From assembly GCF_006345805.1 (NCBI RefSeq), contig NC_043000.1, forward strand, positions 60,388,001 through 60,452,000: a DNA stretch of 64,000 bases, in the 5' to 3' direction. Within the stretch, counting starts at the first letter, position 1, and each line of letters begins with the position of its first letter. A program made the position numbers and the translations under genes. The notes under the pieces were generated by a model, which was not told the DNA's origin, ran no database searches, and saw nothing but the letters and a program-made list of their open reading frames with translations. The stretch is from Octopus sinensis. Taxonomy: Eukaryota. Of this stretch, positions 37,085-48,419 are shown one piece after another.

Positions 37085-38900
37085 TCATCATCATTATCAT
37101 TTAACATCTGCCTTCTATGCTGGCATGGATGGGACAGTTTGGCAGAAGCCTGCACCGGACTTCTGTGACTGTTTTGGCAGGATTTTTACAGCTGGATGCC
37201 CTTCCTAACATGAACCACCCAGCAGAGTGGACTTAAGGCTTTTTATGGGGCACAAGCTCAGGCAAGGTCAGTTTTGGTAAGGTTTTTACAGCCAGATGCC
37301 CTTCCGAACAACAACCACTTTACAGTGTGGACTGGACGCTTTTTAAGAGGCACCTGCACTGACAGGGTCACCAAGTAACCTGAAAGACAAAATTCTTTTG
37401 AGAGGGGAGGTGATCTTGTATCAGATGATAAAAGGTTATAGTGAGACAGAGAGATAGAAACAGGTATTATGCTGAAGAGGAGGTACAAGGTTACCAAGCT
37501 GGAGAGAGAGAGAGAGAGAGAGATCGGGAATGAGGACAGAAACAGATGTGCTGCTGCAAAAGAGATACAGGGTTACCCAACCTAAGGGAAGTGCAGGAGA
37601 AGGAAAGAGAGAGTGGGGGACATCAGGATAGAGATGGTAGCAAAGTGCCAGGTTTACTCGCAAGGAACGGGGATTAGAATATAAATGGGATGATCGAGTA
37701 AAGGCAGAGAGATATACAGATGGTGGCAAGTGCCAGGGCATACCCTTGAGGTTCAAAGGTCATAATATAAGTAGCAGGGTATTGCCAAAGAAGTGTGATT
37801 AGAGAGTAGGGAGGGGAAGTGAGTGGTAAAAACCTGAGTGTATAGAGGTGGGGGCTACTGGATAGCAATGATGCAGAGAAACTGGGCTGTGATGACAGAA
37901 TTGGGGAGTGAGACATAGGCATAGTGCATGAAGGAGAAAATGTGAGGAAGAGAAGAGATGTAGATTGGTTTGTTAGTGTAGGGTGTGTGAAAAGTTTTCT
38001 TGCTACATTTGGGTGGAACACACAGATTGGGGGCTAGCAATGATACCACAGAGTATAATCATTCATACACAAGCATCATATAGTCTACCTTTCACTCTGA
38101 GAGAGAGTCCTTTTGTTGCCAACAGAGGTAATAGCTCTCTGAATTTCCTCCACCCTATTCTTATTCTAGAAATAATACTTTCAGAGCATCCTCCATTACT
38201 GATAATTTGGTCACCTAGGTAACAGAAACTATCTACAACCTTGAGAGAGCCTCCTGGGCATTTGAGAGAATCTAAGTCCTGTGCGCTCTTAGTGCTTTTT
38301 GTTCCTACACATCTGCCACATACAAACACTACTTTATCTGTTAATCTACCTGTGATTCCACTATACCTTTTATGTGTCCATAGTTTACACTGGGTATAGT
38401 GAATGGAATTTCTTCCAACTCCTTTCCTACATATTGAGCAGGGCCATTTATGTGATGGAAAGAATGTTTTATCTTCTTTCTTACTAAGAACAACTTTGGT
38501 CTTTGCTAAGTTAACTTTAAAGCCCTTTGATTCCAGGTTTTGCTTCCATACCTGGAATTTCTTCTCCAATTGTAACTGTTAATTATGATAAGTTTCATCT
38601 CAATTACCTTATCTACCCAATTTTCTGCTAACAGTATGCCTACACTACCCACTCCATCCCTCATGCTAACCCAGAAGAATTTGTATCTTCATCTCTTACC
38701 TATGAGGAATCTAGCTGAGGCCCCCCTCCATCTTACTTCTTGCACACCACACACATCAACATGGCGTTGCTCCAACATTTCAATAATCTCCCTATTGATG
38801 GTGGTGGACCTGAGATTGAGTACTTGGGAATGGTGATAGGATGATGGAAATTTTGTAATTACCTGAAAAGAAGATCTGCACAAACGCTTGCCAGCTAGCA
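37085..38900 (-). mobile_element. Internally deleted RTE-clade LINE (EN N-terminus fused to post-RT region, with 3' UTR and tail)
   Basis: EIIEMLEQRHVDVCGVQEVRWRG and YKFFW...VGILLAENWVDKV (EN) are joined directly to LEKKFQVWKQNLESKGFKVNLAKTK...FCYLGD...RIRIGWRKFRELLP. The (GAT)n-type tail is at about 37085. Confidence 0.8.
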
Positions 38901-39348
38901 TAGAGATTTACTCAGTGAATTAAAATGAATTACAGTTTCTCCTATTCTATATAATATCCAGAGCAAGAGCCAACAAGAAATGAAGTGGCTATGAGAATAG
39001 GGAATGTAGGTTGACCTTGAAGAGAGGAATAGGGTAGTTACGTAAGACAGTTTAATTATTATATGTCTAAATAATTATATGAGGTACCTCTAATTGTAAA
39101 CAATGTTCATGAATGCACCTGCAAGAGGGTATAAGGGAATAATCAAAATATGTATTCGCACACACAGCAAGGAGAAGTATATGAGTCACCAGGTGAAAAA
39201 GTTAATGTACAAAGTAAAATGGTGGTGGTGGGGGTGTTGATGGACATAAAGAGTGTGCAAAAATGGACCCTGGGCAGAGGCCTTGTGCAAACTAAGTTTA
39301 CACATCACATAGCTAGATGGACTTAGAAGAAAAGTTATAGTATTTAGC

Positions 39349-39445
<97 letters not shown>
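39349..39445. repeat. (ATT)n microsatellite, about 32 units
   Basis: Seen directly. Source of the poly-Ile ORF 39313-39816. Confidence 0.95.
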
Positions 39446-41251
39446 TTATTATTAAATATTAATTCTAAATTAATACACATATACATTTTAATCAGCAAAT
39501 TTATCACATAAGCATTTTGTAATGAGAAGGGAAGACTGACTACAATTGAAATGAAATTACATGTGGCCTTGGCAAAAGATATTGAAAGAAGTGGGGAAAT
39601 CCTTGATTCAATGACTAAGTTACATTTGAATAATAAGAAGTTAGCTGTTGATTCATGAACAGCAGCTAAGAAATGGAACAATATTAGGAAAGCTATATGT
39701 ACTGCTTGATAAATTTGAAGTTGCCATCTCAAACTGAGAGTGGTTGACTTGTTTACAAGAATCAAGTGTTTTGTAAAGTAACACCTAACTGACACTTTCT
39801 CTTTTAATTTGCACATGAAGTTGGATGAAATTTTTTCAGTCAGGGTGACACATTAGGCAAATCCAAGATGATCATAGGTCTTCACAATCAGGATTGACCT
39901 TTAGATAACATATGAACTTAATTACTTCTTTTGATTAAGTTAGAAAACTCATAAGGCAAAGGATCAATAACAAGGTAACCTGAATGAAAACAATCTGTTG
40001 AAATTTATGAAGCAAGTATGGCTGTGTGGTTAAAAAGTTTGCTTCATTACCATGTGGTCTCAGGTTCAGTCCCACTGCATAACATTCTGGGCAGGCAATG
40101 TTTTCTCTTATAGGTCTGGGTTGACCAATAACTTGTGAATGATATTATTAGATGGAAACTATGCAGAAGCTTGTTGTATGTGTTTATATATTTTTTAATG
40201 CTTGTAATATATTTATATTTAGAATAAAAGCATAAATATCACATATAGTTTATACTTTAATTGTACTCAACATAAAAAAATGTTTGCTTTAGATGTATTT
40301 ATTGCAAGAAATAGCTAGATCTTTTTCTCTGATATTTTACATAGTTCAACCTACACAAGTTAATGTTTGAAAAGCAAAGTATGAATTTTAAAAGAAGTAT
40401 CTATAAAACTAGTTTATAAACATCGAATGGCTATCCACCAGAAAAGAAGAGTGATCAAAAGGGTCTATAGGTAAAAAAATAGTTGAAAACCACTACTTTA
40501 CCCATCACCCAGCTGAAAATACCCACCCCTGGTGACTTGAGTGCTTTTAGCAGAGATCACTCAGTTGCTAATATTTAGACCAGATTTTCAGTGAGTGAAT
40601 AACTTCCTGTCTCCCTCCCAAAACACTTGGGGGCCTTGTAACATATCATGAGTACTACTTTTCTGCTTGACTTGAAAAATAAAAATTAAAATAGGTTTAA
40701 GTATATTTACATGCACAAACTGATTTGTTTTTGTTTAACTACTGTCAGCTGTGGCTGAGCAGACTTATGATCAAAAGCATTCCAGTTATGACCACCCCAT
40801 ATTTGTACAACAAATTCAGGACCACATTATCTAACGTCCTTTTAAAAAAAAAAAACATTAGAATATCGCAGTTGAGGGAGAATTAGCTGTAATGCTAATC
40901 AATTGAGCAACCACAATAGAGACTCTCATATTGGTCTGAAAAGATTTATTTCAGATGGAGTTATGTAATTAACAAATCTGCATGTTATGTGCATACATGT
41001 GCTGCTAGTAAAATAGAAGATACATGTTTGAAAATGATCATTGCATTTTTTATTTTATTTTATTTTATTTTTATTTTTTCTTTCAGCCAAACATTTGAAA
41101 ATTCAGAACATGCCAGTGTTATGATGAAATCTTTACAAATAAAAAGATTTTTTTAACAATATTATGGCATGTAAGGATTTCTTCCTCATAATATTTGTAG
41201 AAGAATTAAGCAAAAAAATATAAGGAAATGAATTTTTTTTTAAATATATGC

Positions 41252-41610
41252 ACAGGCATGGCTGTGTGGTAAGTAGCTCACTTACCAACCACATGGTTCT
41301 AGGTTCAGTCCCACTGTGTGGTACCTTGGGCAAGTGTCTTCTACTATAGCCTCGGGGCGACCAAAGCCTTGTGAGTGGATTTGGTAGACAGAAGCCCATT
41401 GTGTGTGTGTTTGTCTGTGTTTGTCCCCCACCATCGCTTGATAATTTATGTTGGTGTATTTATGTGCCCATGATTTAGTGATTTGACAAAAGAGATTGAT
41501 AGAATAAGTACTAGGCTTACAAAGAATAAGTCCTGGGGTCGAGTTGTTTGACTAAAGGCCGTGCTCCAGCATGGCCACAGTCAAATGACTGAAACAAATA
41601 AAAGAATGAG
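41252..41610 (+). mobile_element. tRNA-derived SINE (family A), full length
   Basis: A-box-like TGGCTGTGTGG and B-box-like GGTTCAGTCC. Body 'aataagtactaggcttacaaagaataagtcc', tail 'gtcaaatgactgaaacaaataaaagaatg'. Confidence 0.85.
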
Positions 41611-41836
41611 ATTATGATAAAATGTAAATCATAAAATTTAATATATTCTTCTTCAAGAATGCCAATGAAAGAAAATAAATTTCTAATCTGTATACCTAAA
41701 AGATTGCAACTCTATGAGTGTTAATACTTTAGTGAAAAATGTTGACTTGTTGCTACTAGTGTTGTCATTGTTTTTGCTATTACTATTATTGCTGTGTTTT
41801 CTTGTTGTTACTGCTACTAGTGGTGTTTTACTGTTG

Positions 41837-41889
41837 TCTTCTTCTTCTTCTTCTTCTTCTTCTTCTTCTTCTTCTTCTTCTTCTTCTTC
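41837..41889. repeat. (TTC)n microsatellite
   Basis: Seen directly. Source of the poly-Glu and poly-Ser ORFs. Confidence 0.95.
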
Positions 41890-44759
41890 CAATCAAGACT
41901 CACACCATTAGCCACAAAGAATAATCTCTAATTTGAGCCTACTCTAACTTACTAAGAATGCATGTGGCAACTTGAAGATCCACCCACCATACGCGATAGA
42001 CTGGCAGTTGCATGGGCGCGAAAACTACGTTGTTATCCTCATTCCGTAAACGGTGGTTTTTAACAGATGGAGAGCTGAACCATCCTGGGGTAATGTGCCT
42101 AAAACTCTATCACTGATGTCATTGAAGGAAAGTAATGAGCATCATATGTTCTCATTTGTCATCAATATGTCTATAAATGCTCATATTGTATATTTCACAT
42201 AGATAATTCTGGTTTCCAAGATAGATATTTTTGAAGTAATACACATTAAGAACTGGCATAAGTGTGTGGTTAGAAGGTCTCTTCACAATCACATAGTAAT
42301 GAGTTCAGTCCCACTCTGTGGTACTTTGGGCAAGTGTCTTCTACTATAGCCTTGGGTTGATCAATGCCATGGGAGTGAATTTGGGAAATGGAAACTGCAT
42401 GGAAATCTTTCATGTGTGTGCAGGTGTGTAAAACCATTGACATTACAATTGGTGTCTCAGTGCTTTTGAAGACCTGTGGAATAAGAAAAAAGATCTCTTA
42501 CTTGAAAAACAGGTAAGGCTTAACAACAAGAATAGCATCCTGCTGTAAAATCCTGCCTCAAAAACGTTCCCATCCAACCCAGAGCAACATGGGAGAACAT
42601 GTTAAATACATTGAAAGGACACTCTAATCTATGGGATCTTTGAAGTACTCAGAAAATAACCTTTTGATGAACTGATTTGAGGAATGATACTACAATGAAA
42701 CTAATAGGAAGATTAAAGTTCAGAGTTGCGACCAAACAGAATATCTATTGATTGTTCTGTATCACCACTACTTACAACAATGATCTGTACATATTCATGG
42801 CTTCAATTTACTATGCCAGATGGAATTGACCATTGGAAGTTAAATCTTTTCCAGGTTCACAGCATGCAAGCAGCCAACCAATTATAACTCTCCTTCTCTT
42901 ACTATCTGGTAAAGAGTATTATTCTGTATAATTTCAAATTGATGAAAATATAAACCTACTTGTTCATAAGATTTCATACGCAATTTCACAGTTTTAAGAA
43001 TGGGAATTTTCTTCTACCTTTGTACACTTTTGTTTTCAGACATTTTTCATCTTATCTGCAAATGTATTTCTCACTGCTGTCCTGTTAGGTTTTAAACTTC
43101 TGTGACATAATTAATTCTCATTTATTTTTTTTTATTTTTCAGCTTCTTATATAATCAGAAATTGTTTCTTCTGAAATAACTATTACCTTTTTTTAACCAA
43201 ATATGTTGCCCTCATTTTCTTACACATTGTTAATATTTTAATTCTTATTTTTATCTTATGCTAAGTGATAATAGCCAGATGCTACTTTCTTCTTTGGTGG
43301 TAAAATGCATCAATGTTTCTGTGACTATAACTAAATAATGCAGTAACAATTCTTAGGTGCTTTATACTTAACTATAGAACTTTAAATGCCCGACGACGAC
43401 AGCAATGGTGATGGTGGTGGTGGCAGTGATGATGATAGTACTATCATGGATAATAAAATATGGGTGAGCAGTTGCTAATGAAACCTCAATTAAGATTGAA
43501 ACTGAGTCTGCTGATTCCTCTTTTTCTCCTCCATACAAGACAACATTGGCACCTATATGTGGTCATTCAACCTGCCAGAAATAGCAGCAGCTGAATTTCC
43601 CTCATAATATACTCTAATTTCTTGAAAGAATAAAGGAGGCATATTGAATAATGTAGTCCAAGATACATAATGCTTGAGGGAAAGACAGATTGATCATGGT
43701 CAGAATGCCTTTGATCATAGGTGTCCCCAGTAAAGCCTGACCAGTGTCTAAACAACAACAACAACATATCACAAGTTCATATCTCTATCATAATCACAGT
43801 AAATCCTTAACCACATATTTAATATTGGTTTAAAATTTTGGCACAAGGCCAGCAATTTCGGAGTGGGGAGGAGGGTTAAATCAATCACAACAACTCAACT
43901 AGTACTTATTTTATTGACTCCGAAAGAATGAAAGCAAGATTGACCTCAGTGGAATCTGTACTCAGAACATATGCCCAGCATGGACAAAATTAATATTAAG
44001 TACGGATCTTAACTACTTAAAGAAGGAAATAAGAAAAGTAGTATGTAATTAAAATCTATATTTTCAGGTTTCTGTCAGAGACAATTTCAATTAAGTAAGA
44101 GGATTATCAATACATCCTCATATTTAATACAGTGATTGTGTCAATTTATTTAAAAACATATTTTTTTGCCTAATTTATCCTTGCCTAACCAAAATATTTT
44201 TCAGTAAATGAGAGAATATAATAAATGTAATGAATCTCAGAAAATTGCTAATACTTCTTATAACCTAGATGAATGGATATCAATTTGGATGAAATCCAAA
44301 CTTAAAATTTTGTATGTCTGAAATGGATATTGGGAAGCATTTCAGCTGATAGTTCCTTCTCTTACGCACTACAAATCAGACAAACTCATGAGGGATCTGC
44401 TATGTGATAGTTTGATATGAGAAAAAGCAGCTAATCTCCTTCAAGTCACATCCTTCTATCTCAGAAAAGAACAAAGTCTAGCTTTGGCTTCTCTTTCCAA
44501 AGGAAAATGGAATAATCATGGCTATGATGCTTTTAATAACAGGTTTGCTCAATCAGGGCTGACTTGAGGTGGGAGTTTTAAATGATAAGACCTAAACAAC
44601 AGCATGTTGTTTAGGGGAATTTGTTTGCTATTTTTAGCCTGTTTAATAACTTTTATGGGGTTCCTTCATTAGCTTGTACTATATGTACAGAGAGAGAGAG
44701 GGGGGATGAAATGAATGTAAAGGTGAAGAGAGACAAGTGGTAATTTAAATTAATAAACT

Positions 44760-44778
44760 ATATACATACATGCATGTA

Positions 44779-44864
<86 letters not shown>

Positions 44865-44872
44865 GAGAGAGA
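44760..44872. repeat. Compound (TA)n/(GATA)n/(GA)n microsatellite
   Basis: Seen directly. Confidence 0.95.
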
Positions 44873-45019
44873 GCCATCTAAGAGTTCATAAGTCAGGAAA
44901 AAGTTCACTTGTATATCTGTTAATAGAGTGGGTACATTAATTGAAGTGTATTGTATTATATATCAGTGGGTATATTAATGGAAGTGTATATTAATGTACA
45001 GTATTATATATGTATATAT

Positions 45020-45237
45020 ACTCTTTACTCTTTTACTCTTTTACTTGTTTCAGTCATTTGACTGTGGCCATGCTGGAGCACCGCCTTTAGTTGAGCAAAT
45101 CGATCCCGGGACTTATTCTTTGTAAGCCCAGTACTTATTCTATCAGTCTCTTTTTGCCGAACCGCTGAGTGACAGGGACATAAACACACCAGCATCGGTT
45201 GTCAAGCAATGCTAGGGGGACAAACACAGACACACAA

Positions 45238-45286
<49 letters not shown>

Positions 45287-45431
45287 ATATACAACAGGCT
45301 TCCTTCAGTTTCCGTCTACCAAATCCACTCACAAGGCATTGGTCAGCCCGGGGCTATAGCAGAAGACACTTGCCCAAGATGCCACACAGTGGGACTGAAC
45401 CCGGAACCATGTGGTTGGTTAGCAAGCTACT
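45020..45431 (-). mobile_element. Family A SINE, body and most of head; its 5' end is displaced to 47528-47569 by an insertion
   Basis: The reverse complement of the family A SINE stops at '...ccatgtggttggttagcaagctact' (45431). The missing 'accacacagccactcctgcgccta' reappears at 47544-47567. Confidence 0.85.
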
Positions 45432-47527
45432 TTATTTCATTTAATTTGCTACAAGGGCATTACACAGATAGTAGCTACGGGCTGGACATAGACATTAATG
45501 AATGATGGTGATGAAATGAAGATGGTGATGGGAGAAGACAAAAGCGCTCGCCGACTTCCACTTCTCTAAGACAATGTTCTTTTTTTCAAAAATTTCAAAA
45601 AAATTCCAAACTTTTACAAATGCCACATGAGGCAATTAACCTTTTTCTTTCATTTAATTTCCACAAGGGCAGCACATAAATTCACAACAATTCTCCCTGT
45701 CAGGTCCCCGAAGCAAAGTGCCTTGCCGCCAGCAGACAACTCTGCGACGACAAGTCGAGGCCTGCAAAGAGAAAAGTAAATTCTTTCCTGTCAAAGGTCG
45801 CTGCGACCTTTGACAAAATGTTTTCCGTTACTACCTCCGCAGCTACCCACGGAGGCCATAACGGACTCCTTGAGCCGACCTTGTCCTTACGTTCTCGGTC
45901 ACCCAAGCCATTCAAAAATTTTTCCACCTTCCCTCCCTTGTGGTAAAGGAGGATAAACAACTCCTCTTCACAGGAAGGGACCTCACACTGATCCATCAGT
46001 GGCACACTTCCCACTGACGGCGCCCTGTCCGCAGGTGGCACACATCCCACCTGCGGCTCCGTCGGCGGCCTAGGAACACTCGCTGCCCATCCTCTGTTCC
46101 TCCCCTTCCTCTTTCTTTTTGAGGCTGCGAGCCCAGGGGGCTCTGTCAGCAGACATGGGGAGTCGCTATCCTCCACCTCCGCCTGTACGTCCTTTGGTGA
46201 GCAACCATTGTTGCTCACCATTCTTTTTCTTTTCGTGGAGGCAGCTTCCTCCACGAATTCCGTCTCCCCCTCTAATGAAGGGGCGGCGTGCACTTTCTCT
46301 CTTTCCTGCTCCAGGGTCCCACTTTGGTCCCTGGGGCAGTTCTTCTTAATGTGGCCGGTCTCCAGGCACAGGTGACACTTGGGGGGGGCGTCCTTCAAGT
46401 ATCACCGGATACTTGGACCCGGCCATCCTCAAGAAGTTCGGAAAACCAGATTTTTGGCTGATTGGGTCCACAGGGTCAACACCGCTTTCGCCCCCTCCCA
46501 ATCAGCTGCAGGCAGTACTTTTACATTCAGCCGCTTGGAACTGCTACCATCCAGACCCCGGTGGTTAGAATCCTCTATCCACTCGGGTTCAACGCCGGGT
46601 GGTAAGCCGCAGATCCAGGCTCTCAATAATTTTTCTCCCTTGTAATTTGGGAGAAACAATATTTCTTTGCCCTCAATGGGCTGGCTTGCAAAATCGCAAG
46701 CTTCTTTTGGGGAGTCAAATAGCAACCAAACCGTTGCATATTTCACTCTCCGTGTGATAAATTTAACGGCTGGCATGTAATCTGCCAGCTCGTTCAGTAT
46801 GGTGGCCTTCGGGAAGACGGCTATGGTGTCGAGCGACTTCGAGTAAGTCCTCAACATCACGGTCTTCTCCTCCAGCTCTTTTAAATACTTTTTGGGAGGT
46901 GTCAATTCCCACACAGTAAATTCCTTTGCCATGTTAACATAAAGTTCAATAACAGTTCGAAGTATAAAGAAATAAAAATAGACACAAAAAGGAGAATGAA
47001 AAACACAACAGAAGGGAAGAAACAAAATTAGAAATAGCAGTTCAAAAAAGTTCTTTTTTTTAAAAATAAATGATAGCTCGAAGAAGAGAGTTCAAATCCA
47101 GACAAAGGAATTAATTTTTTTCTTTCTTCTCTTTTCTCTTTTTTCGGCCAAAAAAAGGTACTCCAGGCCAAATGTCCAGCTGGTAAAACAACTTGCAAAA
47201 AGAATCCTTGGTACTTCGTGGTAAATCCAGTGGAAAACACAAAGACAATTTCATAACACATTAATTTTTGCAGAGGGAATACGCCTCTTCAAAAACGCAA
47301 TTCTCACTGCAAAGTGAGTCTTTACACTCGAGCACAAGCAGGAAAAATGTCCGGAGCAAAGTGGAGTCTATTACTTGCTAAAAAATATTAAATGCAAAGC
47401 AATAAACTTCACTAAGCCCCCAAAAAATACAAAACGCCTACCTGTAGTCGAGTCTCAAAAATTCAATAATTCACACCGAAAGACGTGACAACCGGAGCAG
47501 CCAAAAAACACGTCTGAACACGTCGAA
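45432..47527 (-). mobile_element. Tx1/L1-like non-LTR element carrying only ORF1 (about 2.1 kb)
   Basis: About 600 bp of 5' UTR, a gag-like ORF1 with CCHC knuckle, no EN or RT, and an A-rich 3' end. Flanked by an imperfect 15-bp duplication GGTTAGCAAGCTACT (45417-45431) and GGTTAGGGAGCTACT (47528-47542). Confidence 0.75.
45700..46932 (-). CDS. Non-LTR retrotransposon ORF1 (gag-like, CCHC zinc knuckle), about 410 aa, with two compensating homopolymer indels
   Basis: Starts MAKEFTVWELTPP at 46932 and contains CHLCLETGHIKKNC (CX2CX4HX4C). Adding one A to the A5 run (about 46451-46455) and removing one C from the C8 run (46381-46388) gives continuous ...AKKSGFPNFLRMAGSKYPVILEGRPPKCHLC. Confidence 0.75.
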
Positions 47528-48419
47528 GGTTAGGGAGCTACTGACCACACAGCCACTCCTGCGCCTATACTATGTAGGTTTACATATATATTATCAGAAA
47601 AAAACATATTATCGACTTTTCTCAGGATAAATGAAAATGTATAATCAACTAAAGAGTATAACGTTTCCAGTTGAAACAAGATTTGTTCTCTTTTTTAAAA
47701 AAATCAAATAATTTTTGCCCCACCTTCAGAATCTGAATGAAATATTTATTTGAATAGATTTACATTCAAAACATTTTTGAATTTTTTTATGTTTACATTT
47801 CTATTTCAAAATTTGTGACCTGTCATAAAATATTTTACAATATTAATGTGAAAATGATCTAAAAGTCATTTTTGTATTTGCCCTTTGTTCCACACTTCAC
47901 TGAATTTAGAATCTCCCAGAGAATCTTACTCCAAAATTGTAGAAGAATCAGGTGCTGGATACCTTGAAAAAAGATAAATATTCTAACAGCAATTCATAAA
48001 AAGATAGTGATGATATAAAAGCTTGACAAAGCTGTTCAGAAAAGTCACTAACCTTGGACAATAAACCAATTTAGATGCGTATAACTGTGCAAGGTATAGA
48101 TATCAAAGTAAAGAGCTAATTTGAATCAGTACTGAGTCAACTTGTCTGAAAATAAAGAATTACAGAACATTGAAATGACAGCAGATTGATGACTTGCTGT
48201 AATGTACACACGCAATCCATGACAATTTGGCAAAATTCAATGATGATGATCATAGTGGGGAATAATAGTTATGCTGATAGTAGTGGGAGAGGAGGAATGA
48301 AAAATAATGAGAATTTAGGGACTGAAAACAAGCAGTACTCATAATAACAGGTGATTTAGGAATTTATTTTAAATGATATAAACAAATAATTAAGTATTAG
48401 AAAATACAATATGACAAAT

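Noticed and set aside
39313-39816. 167-aa ORF with poly-Ile, and the poly-Glu/poly-Ser ORFs at 41683-41911
   Set aside because: They are open only because (ATT)n and (TTC)n lack stops in those frames.
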